Shown: positions 51,405-63,670, counted from the stretch's first letter. The stretch: DNA of 64,000 nucleotides from an uncultured Gemmatimonadales bacterium (GCA_963823035.1 CAWGKG010000004.1:32001-96000), one strand, 5' to 3'. The notes: generated from the sequence alone by a model not told the origin. Translations and numbers: made by a program.

Positions 51405-52376
51405 TCAGCCGCGCTCCTCCTCGCGGTCCGTGGAGAGCGGCGGGGTCGGCGTCAGCGCGGAGATCCGGTCGTAGAGGGCGTCCGGGAAGTCGACGTCCAC
51501 GGAGGCGAGCGACGGCTCGAGCTGCTCCAGGTTGCGCGCCCCGATGATCGGGGCCGTGACGCCGGGGTGGTGCGCCACCCAGCGCACGGCCAGCGAGGCC
51601 GGGTGATGGCCCACCTCCTCTGCGATGCCGCACAACTCCTGCGCCACCTCGAAGTACGACGCCTCGTGGTAGCGCTTCGCGTACATCGGGCTCTTGTCGA
51701 GCCGGCCTTCCACCTCCCGCTCCCTGCGCCCGTACTTCCCGGTCAGCACGCCGCCCGCGAGCGGGCTGTAGGGCACCACGGCCAGCCCCTCCGACCGCGC
51801 CATCGGCAGCAGCTCGACCTCGGCCTGGCGCTTGAGGAGGTTGTACATCGGCTGGACGCCACGGAACGCCGCCAGCCCCAGCCGGGCGGAGACGCCGAGC
51901 GCCTTCGTGATCTGCCACGCCGCGAAGTTGCTCACCGCCGGGTAGCGGATCTTCCCGGCGCGGACCAGGTCGTCGAGCGCGCGCAGGGCGTCCTCGATCG
52001 GGGTGTCCTCGTCGAAGTGGTGGAGGAAGTAGAGATCCAGGTGATCGGTGTCCAGCCGCCGCAGGCTCTGCTCCACCTGGTGCACGATCGCGGCGCGCGC
52101 GTACCCCCGAGCGAGCGGGCCCTCGCCCATCGGGAAGTAGACCTTGGAGGTCAGGATCACCTGGTCGCGCTCGGCCGCGACCAGCTTGCCCAGGATCCGC
52201 TCCGAGTCGCCTTCCGCGTAGACGTTCGCGCAGTCGAAGAAGTCGACGCCTGCGTCGCGGCAGCGGGCGTAGAGCTTCGCGCTCATCGCCTCGTCCGCCT
52301 CGCGGCCGAAGGTCATGGTGCCGAAGCAGAGCTCCGACACGAGAATGCCGGTGTTTCCGAGGGGTACCTGCCGCAT
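51405..52376 (-). CDS. Aldo/keto reductase
   Basis: FGTMTFG, FFDCANVY, SLRRLDTDHLDLY, YSPLAGG. Confidence 0.92.
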   Translation of the reverse strand: MRQVPLGNTGILVSELCFGTMTFGREADEAMSAKLYARCRDAGVDFFDCANVYAEGDSERILGKLVAAERDQVILTSKVYFPMGEGPLARGYARAAIVHQVEQSLRRLDTDHLDLYFLHHFDEDTPIEDALRALDDLVRAGKIRYPAVSNFAAWQITKALGVSARLGLAAFRGVQPMYNLLKRQAEVELLPMARSEGLAVVPYSPLAGGVLTGKYGRREREVEGRLDKSPMYAKRYHEASYFEVAQELCGIAEEVGHHPASLAVRWVAHHPGVTAPIIGARNLEQLEPSLASVDVDFPDALYDRISALTPTPPLSTDREEERG

Positions 52377-52399
52377 GCCGTTCTCCGTGCCTCGATGGG

Positions 52400-55300
52400 T
52401 CAACTCACGATCCGACGTCCCGTTCCCACGGCGGGGACGCCCAGATCCTCGAGCAGTCGGTTGAAGCCGTCCACGCCGGGACCGAGGATCCACTCGACCC
52501 TCGCCCGATAGACGCCCCACTCGCGGCTGAGCGCCTGGACGCGCTCACGCATGCTCTCCGTGGGCGCGCCTGGCGCGTCCGCGACCGCGCTGTGCAGATA
52601 GATGTAGAACTGGTTCAGGCGGGTGGGGAAGACCGTCGGGTCCTGTCCGCTGGTCCATTCCCTCTGCACGAGCATGGAGTCCACGGCCGCGATGCTGTCG
52701 CCGAGCGCCCGGCCGGCCTCCTCGATGCGCTCGGCCTCGGCCAGATCCTCGGTGCGCTCGACCACGGCATCGACCTGCTCGCCGATGTCACCCATGTCGC
52801 CGACCGCCGCGTGCAGGGCGGTCAACTCCGCGCGGATGCGTGCGACCAGGGCGTCACGCGCCGCGTGATCCGCCGCGGTCACCTCGGCCGCGACGTCCGG
52901 GATGTCGCGCACGTCCACGCTCGTCTCGACGGGGTCGAGGCCTTCGACGCTCAGGCGGGCGGTGTACGTTCCGGGCGCGACCCGCGCCACCCGCGAGCGT
53001 CCCGAAGACGTAGAGCCCCTCCACGCCCGGCACGCGCTCGCGGCGCAGGTCCCAGACCATCCGGTTCATCCCGGCCTTCGCGCTCAGCTTGCTCGGCGCG
53101 TCCGGTCCGTCGCCCGGGTCCGTGGCGTAGGTGCGCACCACCGCGCCCGACGGATCCAGGATTTCCAGGCGGCCCGCACGCTCGGGGGCGTCTTTCAGGT
53201 GGAACTGGAGCACCGCCCCGTTCGGCGGGTTCCGCCCCTCCGTGGGGTCGCCACCTCCGAAGCCGCCGCCTCCGCCCTGGCGGTAGGCCGGTCCCGTGCG
53301 GAAGAGCCAGGCGGGCGCCGCGGCGATCTCGTCGTGGTGGGCCGCCAGCTCCCGCAGCGCCGACAGGTCGTCGAGGATCCAGAAGGCCCGCCCCTGCGTC
53401 GCCGCCAGCAGGTCACCCCGATGCACCTCGAGGTCCGTGACCGGCGTGACGGGGAGGTCGAGCTGGAGCGACTCCCAGTGCGCGCCCGCGTCGAAGGAGA
53501 CGAACGCGCCCATCTCCGTACCCGCGTACAGCAGGCCGGGCACCTCGGTGTCCTCCCGCACGACGCGCACCCAATGTTCCGGGGGGATGCCATCGGTGAT
53601 CCTCGTCCACGAGCGGCCGAAGTCGGTGGTGCGGTACGCCATCGGGGTGAAGTCCCCGAGCTTGTAGCGCGTGACCGCGACCCACGCGGTGCCCGGATCG
53701 TGTGGGGAGGCGTCGATCGCGTTGATCTGCGATTCGGGCAGATCCTTCGGCGTCACGTCCGTCCACGTGCGACCGCCGTCGCGCGTGACCTGCACGAGGC
53801 CGTCGTCCGAGCCGGTCCAGATCACCTGGGCGTCGAGGGGCGACGGAGAGAGCGCGAAGATCGTGCCGTACACCTCGCCGCCGGCGCCCTCGTTCGTGAT
53901 CGGCCCGCCGCCCGGACCCTGCTTCGTGGTGTCGTTCCGGGTGAGGTCGGGGCTGATCACGTCCCAGGAGTTTCCGCGGTCGCGGGTGCGCAGGAGGACG
54001 TTGCCGCCGTGGTAGATCGTGCGTGGGTCCTGGGGCGAAGCGACGATCGGCGCGTTCCAGTTGAAGCGCCACGTCATGTCCTTCGGCTGGATCGACGCCG
54101 GCATCCCCGGCTCGGCCTGCACGTTGCGGTCGATACCCGTGCGGTCGTCGTACTCGTCGATCTGCCCCAGGTAGCAGCCGCCGTACTGGTAGCGCGGATC
54201 GTCCGGGTCGAAGGCGAGCCAAGCGCTCTCGCACCCCGCCGAGGGGTGGAAGTCGCCCCAGCCGATGCCCCCGTCGAAGTCGCGGCTCTTGATCGCCACG
54301 CTCGAGTTGTCCTGCTGGCCACCATACAGCCAATAGGGGAAACGGTTGTCCGCGTTGACGCGGTAGAACTGCGCCGTCGGCTGGTTGCGCTCCGTCGACC
54401 AGGTGGCGCCGGCGTTGAACGTCACCGCCGCGCCGCCGTCGTTCGCGTTGATGAAGTTGTCGGGGTCGTCAGGGTTGATCCACAGGTCGTGGTTGTCGCC
54501 GTGCTCCTGGCGCAGCGACTGGAACGTCCGGCCCCCGTCCACCGAGCGCCACAGCGGCGCGTTCATCACGTAGACGGTGTTCTCGTCGCCGGGGTCGGCG
54601 AAGATCTCCATGTAGTACCACGGGCGGGAGCGGAGCCCGCGCGTCTGGTTCACGCGCGTCCACGACGCCCCTGCGTCGTCCGAGCGGAAGACGCCGCCGT
54701 CCGGCTCGGCCTCGACGATCGCGTACACCCGGTCGGGGTCCGCGCCGGAGACCGAGACGCCCACCTTGCCCATGAGGTCGGGAAGACCCTCGTCCATCCG
54801 CTTCCAGCTGTCCCCGCCGTCGAGGCTCTTCCAGATCCCGCTGCCGGGTCCGCCCGAGCGCATCTGCCAGGGATGGCGCGTGTGGTCCCAGAAGGCGGCG
54901 TACAGGATGCGCGGGTTGGACGGGTCCATGCTCAGGTCGCTCGCGCCGGCGTCCTCGGAGACGAAGAGGACCTTCTCCCAGCTCTTTCCGCCGTCGTCGG
55001 AGCGGTAGATGCCCCGGTCCTCCGTGGGGCCGTAGGGGGATCCCTGCGCGGCCACCCACACGCGGTCCGGGTCGGAGGGGTGCACGACGATCCGCGAGAT
55101 CGCGCGTGTGGCCTCGAGCCCCAGGTGCGTCCAGGTGCGGCCGGCGTCCGTCGAGCGGTACACGCCGTCGCCGTGGCTCGTCGTCACGCCGCGCGGCGCG
55201 TGCTCCCCCATGCCGACGTAGACGACGTTCGGGTCGGAGGGTGCCACCGCGATCGCGCCGACCGAGGCCGTTCCGAGGAAGCCGTCCGAGACATTCGTCC

Positions 55301-55548
55301 CAGGTGATGCCGGCGTCGGTCGTCTTCCAGACGCCGCCGCCCACGCCGCCGAAGTAGTAGACGCTCGGCTGCGTGCGCACGCCCGCGACGGCGACCGAGC
55401 GGCCGCCGCGGAAGGGTCCGACCAGGCGCCAGCGCATCGTCGAATAGAGCGCCGTGTCGACGGGGGACGTCTGCGCGTGCGCCTCGGTGCCCGCCGCCGA
55501 CGCGGCGAGGAGGACGAGCGTGGCGACGAGAGGACGAAGGGTGCGCAT
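52400..55548 (-). CDS. Second secreted Vps10/BNR-repeat protein (frameshifts near 55297 and 52993)
   Basis: Signal peptide MRTLRPLVATLVLLAASAA; WRLVGPFRGGRS; BNR repeats; paralogue of 43534-46493. Confidence 0.88.
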
Positions 55549-55639
55549 CCGGCTACCTCGGGGGTGGGGGATCGATTCGGGACCCCACAGTAGGGAGGGT
55601 GGGGGCGGGCGGCGAGGTCGGCCGCGGCGCTGGCGCCGG

Positions 55640-58322
55640 TCAGCCTCCTCGGCCGTCGCGGCGGCGGCCGCACGGAAGCGTGCCGCGTCCTCGGGGCGGC
55701 CCATCAGGTCGTAGAGCTGGGCGAGGAGGTTCTCCACGTACGTCGAGGTATCCTCGCTCCCGCACCGCGGGCTCGCTGTCGAGCAGGCGTTCGAGCGCCG
55801 CGTGGCTGGCGAGGAGGTGGGCCTCCGACTCCTCGAGGCGGCCGAGGCGCGCCAGGTTGAGCGCCGCCGAGGTTGCGGGCTCGGACGGTGCGCAGGTCGT
55901 CGCTCGCCCAGGGCCGGCTCGCAGGATGGAGAGGGCCTCCGCCGCGAGCGCCTCCGCGCCGGCGGCGTCCGGAGCCGCTCATCCGCACCTCGCAGAAGTC
56001 CAGGAGCGTCTCCGCGGTCTCCACGGCCTCGGGGCGCGCCGCGCGCTGGGCCGCCGCGCGCGGCCTGGTAGAGGGTGTCGGCCTCCGGCGACCCGGCCCT
56101 GCTGGTAGACACGACCCACGCGAGGTTGCCCCTCACGATCGAGGTGAACCAGTGGTCGGCCCCGTAGTGCGCCTCGTACACGCGCAGCGCGTCCCGGTAG
56201 AGGGGCTCGGCGTCGGCGGGGCGGCCCTCCTGCTTGAGCACGGCCGCGAGGTCGTTGCGCAGCTCCGCCACGCGGGGATGGTCCTCGCCCTCCGCGGCTG
56301 CGGCGCCGGCCACCGCTTCCCGCATGAGAGCCTCCGCCTCGGGGAAGCGACCCTCGGCGCTGAGGACGTCGCCCCGCGCCGCCAACGTCGCGGCGATCTC
56401 CGTGTGGCCGGACGGATAGACCCGCCTCTTGATGCGCAGCACCTCCAGGAGCGCCGAGTCGGCCCGCTCGAGCGCCCCGGCGGCGGTATAGGCCCGGGCG
56501 ACGTTCTCGAGGCTCTTCGCCACGAGGACGTGGTCCGGCGGGTAGAGGGCGCGTCGGATCGTGAGCCCCTCCTCGAGATAGGCCCGGGCTCGGTCGGTCT
56601 CTCCGAGCGCCAGCGTGAGCGCGCCCAGGTTGGAGAGTGTTCGCGCCATGATCTCGCTGCGCTCACCCGCGGCCCGGTGGGTCGCGAGCGCCTCCTCGAG
56701 GAGCGGACGGGCTCGCCCGAGGTCGCCGACCAGCTGCCACACATGGCCGAGCGAGCTGAGCATCGAGGCCGCGTCGGCGCCCGTCGAGCCCGCCGCGCCG
56801 AAGCAGCTCCTCGGCCTCCTCGAGGAGGGGCCCGGCGGCGTCCAGGTCGCCCTTGCGTGCGTAGGCGACCGCCAGCTGGAGCGCGGCGTTGCCGACCTCC
56901 GCGTCGTCGGCGGGGTCGGTCGCGCGCACCAGGTCGTACACCTCGCTGCGCAGTGCCAGCGCCTCGTCCCAGAGGCCCAGGTTGCCGTACACGCGCGCGA
57001 GCACGGCGGCGAGGTCCGCGCGCATCCCGGGCTGACCGGAGAGCTCGCCGCGAATCCGCTCTGCGCCGCGGTCGAGCACGTTGCGCACGGTGATCGTGTC
57101 GCCCTGCGCGACCTCGGGATCCGCCGACAGGAAGAGCGCCTCGAGGAACGCCGTCACCTGTTGGGCCCGGTCGCGCTCGCGCGCGATCCGTCGGGCCTGA
57201 ACGGCGTTGGTGACCGCGAGGACGGTCAGGAGCACGAAGACCGTGGTGACGGCCGCGAGGGCGCCGCGATGCCGCGCGACGAACCGGGAGGTCCGGTAGC
57301 CCACCGTATCGGGACGCGCGCGCACGGGGCGCCCGTCGAGGTGCCGACGGAGGTCGTCCGCCAGCTCGGCCGCCGAACCGTAGCGCCGCTCGGGCTCCCT
57401 GCGCATGGCCGTCAGCACGATGTTGTCCAGGTCCCCGCGCAGCCTCCGCCGGAGGCGCTCCGGGGTGGTGGTCCGAAGCCGGGCGACCTCCTCGGGCGTG
57501 GGACGCGCGGCGCCGTCGCCCGCCCGGCCCCTCGTCCGTCGTCGCGGCCGCCTCGGAGGGTCGTCGCGGTTGCTGCGTCGTGACGGCTCGGTGCACCTCG
57601 TCCAGCGTGCCGCTGGCGAGCGACCGGGGGCGGCGTCCGGAGAGCAGGAGGTAGAGGATCGAGCCGAGCTGGTAGACGTCGCTCGACGTCGTGATCGGAT
57701 CGGCGAGCGCCTGCTCGGGCGAGGCCCACTCGGGCGTCAGGACACGAACGCCCGTCCGCGTCAGCTCGGTCGCCTGGGGAAAGGCGTCGGGGTCGAGCAG
57801 CTTGGCGATCCCGAAGTCGAGGAGCTTCACCGTCCCGTCCGGCTGGACGAGGATGTTGGACGGCTTCAGGTCGCGGTGCACGATCAGGTTGCGGTGGGCG
57901 TAGCGCACCGCCTCGCACACGTCGAGGAAGAGGCGGATGCGTTCTTCGACCCCCATCCGCGCCTCGTCGCAGTGCACGTCGATCGACCGCCCTTCGACCC
58001 GCTCCATCGCGAACCACGGACGGCCGTCGTCCGTGACGCCGCCGTCGAGGAGGCGGGCGATGTGGGGGTGGGTCAGGCAAGCGAGGATCTGGCGCTCCGT
58101 GAGGAAGCGCCCCCGGGCCTCCGCGCCGGCCAGGCCTCCGGCGTGCAGCTTGAGGGCGACCTCCTGCTCGAACTGCCCGTCGGCGCGACGCGCGAGGTAC
58201 ACGGAGCCCATCCCGCCGCGCGCGAGGAGCCGGACCACTCCTGGTCCTGGCGCAGTGTGCGAGGCATGGGGCGCGGGGGTCAACTCCGGCACCGCGTCCC
58301 CCGGCACCGAGTCCCCGTGCAA
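55640..58322 (-). CDS. Second Ser/Thr kinase with TPR repeats (several frameshifts; ends approximate)
   Basis: ARGGMGSVY, HRDLKPSN, DFG, WASPEQ; TPRs. Confidence 0.85.
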
Positions 58323-58341
58323 CGCATCCTTCCTCTTGTCT

Positions 58342-58368
58342 GTCTACAGAAAAGGCGTTCATGTAGAC
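58342..58368. promoter_or_regulatory. Candidate PadR operator
   Basis: GTCTACA-N13-TGTAGAC inverted repeat in the AT-richer divergent intergenic region upstream of padR. Confidence 0.5.
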
Positions 58369-58405
58369 GGCCTAGAGAAGTGGTCGCGGAACGCGGGAGG
58401 GCGGC

Positions 58406-58750
58406 ATGGGCGACGATCGATCGGAGCTGCTGCAGGGAACGCTCGACCTCCTGGTGCTGAGGGTCCTGAGCCTGGAGCCGATGCACGGATGGGGGATCGG
58501 CGAGCGCCTGGCCCTCCTCTCCGGGGAGGTGTTCCAGGTGAACCAGGGGTCGCTCTACCCCGCGCTCCAGCGCATGCGGACGCGGGGATGGGTGCGAGCC
58601 GAATGGCGGCGCACGGAGAACAACCGGAGGGCGCGCTACTACGCCCTCACGCCGCTCGGCGAGCGGGGGCTCGCGGAGGCCGCGCGGGAATGGCGGCGGG
58701 CGAGCGGTGCGGTGGAGCGGGTGCTGACGACGGCGCTGACCGGCGCCTGA
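58406..58750 (+). CDS. PadR-family regulator (ADOP-associated type)
   Basis: LLQGTLDLLVL..HGWGI..QGSLYPALQR..ENNRRARYY. Confidence 0.92.
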   Translation: MGDDRSELLQGTLDLLVLRVLSLEPMHGWGIGERLALLSGEVFQVNQGSLYPALQRMRTRGWVRAEWRRTENNRRARYYALTPLGERGLAEAAREWRRASGAVERVLTTALTGA

Positions 58751-58779
58751 CACGAGGATCGCGAAGGGAGGAGGGGAGG

Positions 58780-61387
58780 ATGTCGAGGACGGAAGGCTGG
58801 CGTGCCCGTGTGCGCGCGCTGCTGCGGCGCTCCGAGGAGGAGCGCGACATGGACGAGGAGATGCGCTTCCATCTCGAGATGGAGGAGCGGAAGCTCGTGC
58901 GCGAGGGGCTGTCGCCGCGGGAAGCGCACCGACGCGCGCGTCTCCGCTTCGGCGGCGTGGATCGCATGAAGGAGCGCACGCGCGACGCCCGGGGCACGCG
59001 GGGCCTGGAGGACCTGCTTCGCGACCTGGCCTTCGGCGCGCGCACCCTGCGCCGCAGCCCCGCGTTCACGCTCACCGCCGTGGTGACGCTGGCGCTGGGG
59101 ATCGGCGCTGTCGCGGCAGCGTTCAGCCTCGTGGACGGCGTGCTCCTCGCGCCGTTGCCGTACGGCCGGCCCGACCGGCTGGTCGAGATCCGCGAGCTGG
59201 GCGAGAACGTGAGGTTCTTCCCCTCCTTCCCGAACTTCCTGGACTGGCGGGAGCGGTCCACGAGCTTCGCCTCGATGACGGCCGTCCAGACGTTGGGCGC
59301 GCAGCCGGTGCTCGACGCGGGCGACCCCGCTCGGGTGCCGATGGTGATGATCGGCCGGGACTTCCTGAAGACGCTGGGCGTGGCGCCCTTCCTCGGCCGC
59401 GACCTGACGTACGAGGAGAACGCGCTCGGTGCCCCACCCGTGGCGCTGGTCAGCCACGCTTTCTGGTCGAGCCGACTCGGCGGCGAGCGCGACCTGGAGC
59501 GCGTCTCGTTCAACGCGTTCGGGAGCGACTACCGGGTGGTGGGCGTGCTGCCCCCCGGCTTCCGCTTCCTCTACGACGCCGACGTGTACGTCTCGGCGGA
59601 GCGCTGGCCGGGGACGTTCCGCACCGCGCACGCGTACCGGGTCGCGGGTCGGATGAAGGACGGCCTCTCCCTCGAGGCGGCCGACCAGGAGATGGACGCG
59701 CTCACCGGACGCATGAAGGAGGAGTACGGGGGCGACACGAACGCGGAGAGCGCGCAGCTCCGCCGGCTGGACGACGTCCTCCTCGGGGGGCAGCGGCGCC
59801 CCCTCGCCCTCCTGCTCGCGGCGGCCGGCCTGGTGCTCCTGGTGGCGTGCGCGAACGTGGCCAGCACGCTCCTGGCGCGCGGCAGCGTGCGTGGCCGCGA
59901 GATGGCCGTGCGCACCTCCCTCGGCGCCGGGCGCGGCCGCCTGGTGCGCCAGCTCCTCACGGAGAGCGTCCTGCTCACCACCGTGGCGGGGGCCGCGGGC
60001 GCCACGCTGGCGTGGGCAGCGGTGCGCGGTGCCGTCCGGTTGGGCACGGGGTCCCTCCCGCGCCTGGAGACGGTCGGGCTCGACGGGCGCGTCCTCCTCG
60101 TGTGCGGAGCCGTTGCACTCGGCACCGCCTTCCTCTTCGGGCTCTACCCGGCGCTGCGCCTCACACGGAGCGGGGTCTCCACGGCGCTCCGAGCCGGGGG
60201 GCGGGGCGGGACGGGGAAGCGTGGCCGGGCCTGGGACGTGCTCATCGGCGCCGAGGTGGCGTTCGCGGTCGTCCTGCTGGTGGGGGCGGGGCTGCTCGTG
60301 CGCAGCCTGGCTTCGATCGTCTCACTCGACGCCGGGTGGAAGGCCGAGGGCGTGCTCCAGATGGCCGTGACGCCACCGAACGGCGCCTTCCGCACGGCGG
60401 AGGAGGGTGCCGCGTACCTCCGGCGGGTCGGCGAGGCGATCGGTTCGATCCCCGGGGTCTCCGCCGTGGGCGTGGGCACCTTCGGCCCCCTGGACGCCGG
60501 CAACTACACGGCGCCGGCCCACGATCCGGTCACGGGAAGGGTCATCGAAGGCTTCGCGGGGTGGCGGCTCGTGGACGCCGGGTACTTCGAGGCGCTGTCC
60601 GTCTCCCTCCTGAAGGGCCGCCTCTTCGAGCCCGGCGACCAGGACGTCGCGGTCGTCAACGAGGCGCTGGCGCGGGAGCTGTGGGGCGACACGGACCCGA
60701 TCGGGCAGCGCGTGGCGAGCAACTTCGACGCGAACGGGGCGTCGCTCCGCGTGGTGGGGGTCGTGGCGGTGGCGCGCGACTGGAGGTGGGAGGAGTCCGC
60801 CCAGATGGAGATGTTCGAGCCCTGGTGGACCCGCCTCGACCAGGTGGGCACGATGGACTTCCTGATCCGCACGGACGGGCCCGCCGAGGCCCTGATCGGA
60901 CCGGTGCGCGACCGCGTCCGTGCGCTCAACGACCGGATTCCCGTCGAGTTCGCGACGCTCGAGGGGGAGTTGGCGTCGTCCACGGCGGACCGTCGCTTCG
61001 TGGCCACCGTGCTCGCCGCGTTCGCCGGGGTCGGGCTCGTGCTGGCTCTGGTGGGGATCGCCGGCGTGGTCGCCTACACGGTCGCGCAGCGCCGCCGGGA
61101 GATCGGCATCAGAATGGCCCTCGGGGCGGCCGCCGGCCGCGTGCGTGCCGAGGTGCGCGCGGAGGTCCTCCGGCCCACGCTCGTGGGGCTCGCGCGCGGG
61201 GCTGGTGGGGGCCGTCCTGCTGTCGCGCTTCGTGCGGTCGCTCCTCTACGAGGGCGTGAGCGCGCACGACCCCGGGACGTTGGCCGGGGTGGCCGCCGTG
61301 TTCATCCTCGCTGCGGTGCTCGCCAGCGACATCCCGGCCCGCCGCACGGCCGCGGTCGAGCCGGCCGGCGTGCTGCGGGAGGAATGA
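58780..61387 (+). CDS. ADOP-family duplicated MacB/FtsX permease (frameshift near 61195)
   Basis: DMDEEMRFHLE permease prefix, TLALGIGA, LLVACANVA, REMAVRTSLGA, RRREIGIRMALGA. Confidence 0.9.
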
Positions 61388-61531
61388 GCGCCACCGGGCA
61401 AGGGACCGCGGAATCGCCAGTCGGAGGCCTCCGGGAATGCCTGGACGCCCGTCGGCCGTGCAGCGAGCTTTCGGGTGCCTCCCACGCCATCCCCACGAGC
61501 CCCTCCAGGTACGGCCGCACGCGGAGCGAAC

Positions 61532-63394
61532 ATGGACTGGCAGGACCTCTACGCATCGAAGCGCACCACCCCGGACGCGGCGGTGCTCGGCATTCCCACC
61601 GGTCGCCCGATCCTCATCGGCTCGGGCGCGGCGGAGCCCCTGGCGCTGGTCGACGCGCTGGGCCGCAACGCCTCGCACTTCTCCGACAACACGGTGGTGC
61701 ACCTCATGACGCTCGGACCCGCGCCGTACGTGCGCCCCGAGCTCCAGGAGCACTTCCGCCACAACGCCTTCTTCATCGGCGCCAACGTCCGTCAGGCCGT
61801 GCACCAGGGCCGCGCGGACTACACGCCGGTCTTCCTCTCGCAGATCCCGCAGTTGATCCGCTCGCGCCGCATGCCGGTGGACGTGGCGCTCATCCAGTGC
61901 ACGCCGCCGGACAAGTTCGGCTACGTGAACGTCGGCGTGTCGGTGGACATCGTGATGGCGGCGATCGAGGCGGCGCGGCTGGTCATCGCCGAGATCAACC
62001 CGAACGTACCCTGCCTGTACGGTGCGGGCTTCCTGAAGATGGACCGCATCGACCAATGGGTGTGGAACGACCAGCCCCTCCTCGAGCACCTCCCGGAGGA
62101 CCCCGGCGAGGTCGAGATGGAGATCGGACGCAACGTGGCGTCGCTCATCGAGGACGGCTCGACGCTGCAGGCCGGCATCGGCATGATCCCGGACGCGGTG
62201 CTGCGCGCCCTGACCGGCAAGCGCGACCTGGGCGTGTGGACCGAGATGTTCTCCGACGGCGTGCTGGACCTGATCGACGCCGGCGTGGTCACCGGCCGCT
62301 ACAAGACGATCCACCCGGGGAAGGTCACGTCCTCCTTCACCTTCGGCTCGAAGCGCCTCTACGACTACATCGACCGCAACCCGCTCTTCACCTTCCAGCC
62401 GACCGACTACGTGAACGACCCGCGCCGCATCGCGGAGCAGCACAAGATGGTCGCCATCAACAGCGCCATCCAGGTGGACCTGACCGGGCAGGTGTGCGCC
62501 GACTCGATCGGCACGCGCTTCTACTCGGGGATCGGCGGGCAGGTGGACTTCATCCGCGGCGCCTCGATGTGTCCGGACGGCAAGCCGATCATCGCGCTGC
62601 GCGCGACCGCGAAGAACGGGACGCTCAGCCGGATCGTGCCCACCCTCACGGAGGGCGCCGGCGTGGTCACCTCACGGGGCGACGTGCGCTACGTGGTCAC
62701 GGAGTACGGGGTGGCCGACCTGCTCGGCAAGTCGATCCGGGAGCGTGCGGTCGCGCTCATCTCGATCGCACACCCGGACTTCCGCACCGAGCTGCTCAGC
62801 GACGCCAAGGGTCGGCACTACGTCTTCGTCGACCAGCTCGAGCCGCGTGGCCGCTATCCGCGTGAGATCGAGCGGCGTGTCACGGTGAAGGGTGGCGAGG
62901 CCCTCATGCTGCGCCCGATCCGCCCCATCGACGAGCCCAAGCTGGTCGGGCTCTTCTACTCCATGAGCGAGGACGCGCTCTACAAGCGGTTCATGCGCGT
63001 GGTGAAGCGCATCGCGCACGAGGAGCGGCAGTACTTCCTCGACGTCGACTACATCGACAACATGGCGGTGGTGCTGGAAACCTCGGATCCGCGCTTCGAG
63101 CCGGAGATCGTCGGCATCGCGCAGTACTTCCGACACCCGGGCACCGACTACGCGGACGTCGGATTCATCGTGAAGGATGGGTGGCAGGGGAAGGGGCTGG
63201 GCCGGATCCTGGTCCAGGAGATGGTCCGCCTGGCTCAGCTGAACGGGCTGAAGGGCCTCACGGCGGACGTCCTGTCGACCAACCAGTCGATGCTGCACCT
63301 CTTCCGCGAGACCGGCCACGACGTACGCGTGGAGAACGAGGGCGGCGTCGCGCTGGTGGAGATCCACTTCACGGAGAGCGGCGTCACGGCCTGA
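61532..63394 (+). CDS. Acetyl-CoA hydrolase/transferase fused to a C-terminal GNAT domain
   Basis: STLQAGIG, WTEMFSDG, SGIGGQVDF, VVTEYG; GNAT WQGKGLG. Confidence 0.9.
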   Translation: MDWQDLYASKRTTPDAAVLGIPTGRPILIGSGAAEPLALVDALGRNASHFSDNTVVHLMTLGPAPYVRPELQEHFRHNAFFIGANVRQAVHQGRADYTPVFLSQIPQLIRSRRMPVDVALIQCTPPDKFGYVNVGVSVDIVMAAIEAARLVIAEINPNVPCLYGAGFLKMDRIDQWVWNDQPLLEHLPEDPGEVEMEIGRNVASLIEDGSTLQAGIGMIPDAVLRALTGKRDLGVWTEMFSDGVLDLIDAGVVTGRYKTIHPGKVTSSFTFGSKRLYDYIDRNPLFTFQPTDYVNDPRRIAEQHKMVAINSAIQVDLTGQVCADSIGTRFYSGIGGQVDFIRGASMCPDGKPIIALRATAKNGTLSRIVPTLTEGAGVVTSRGDVRYVVTEYGVADLLGKSIRERAVALISIAHPDFRTELLSDAKGRHYVFVDQLEPRGRYPREIERRVTVKGGEALMLRPIRPIDEPKLVGLFYSMSEDALYKRFMRVVKRIAHEERQYFLDVDYIDNMAVVLETSDPRFEPEIVGIAQYFRHPGTDYADVGFIVKDGWQGKGLGRILVQEMVRLAQLNGLKGLTADVLSTNQSMLHLFRETGHDVRVENEGGVALVEIHFTESGVTA

Positions 63395-63421
63395 GCCACC
63401 CGACGCCGGCGGGACACGGGC

Positions 63422-63670
63422 TCAGTCGTCGTGGCTGAGTTCGTACTGCCGTTGCGCGTGTGCCTTCTCCTTGCCGACGGTCAGCTCGCGCCGCTTGGCG
63501 TCCCTGAGGCTGTTCTCTCGCGTGGTCGAGGAGTGCACCTGGGGGAGGGAGAGCTGGCGCTCGACCTCCGTCGCCCCGCACGCGGGGCAGGGCGGACGCG
63601 TGTCCGCTTTGCGCACCCATTCCTCGAAGCGGTGCGCGCAGGCGCGGCAGGCGAAATCGTAGATCGGCAT
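63422..63670 (-). CDS. FmdB-family zinc-ribbon protein
   Basis: MPIYDFACRACAHRFE..CPACG. Confidence 0.88.
   Translation of the reverse strand: MPIYDFACRACAHRFEEWVRKADTRPPCPACGATEVERQLSLPQVHSSTTRENSLRDAKRRELTVGKEKAHAQRQYELSHDD

Noticed and set aside
57937..62865. 1642-aa ORF
   Set aside because: The real ADOP permease is embedded in off-frame read-through of neighbouring genes in high-GC DNA.
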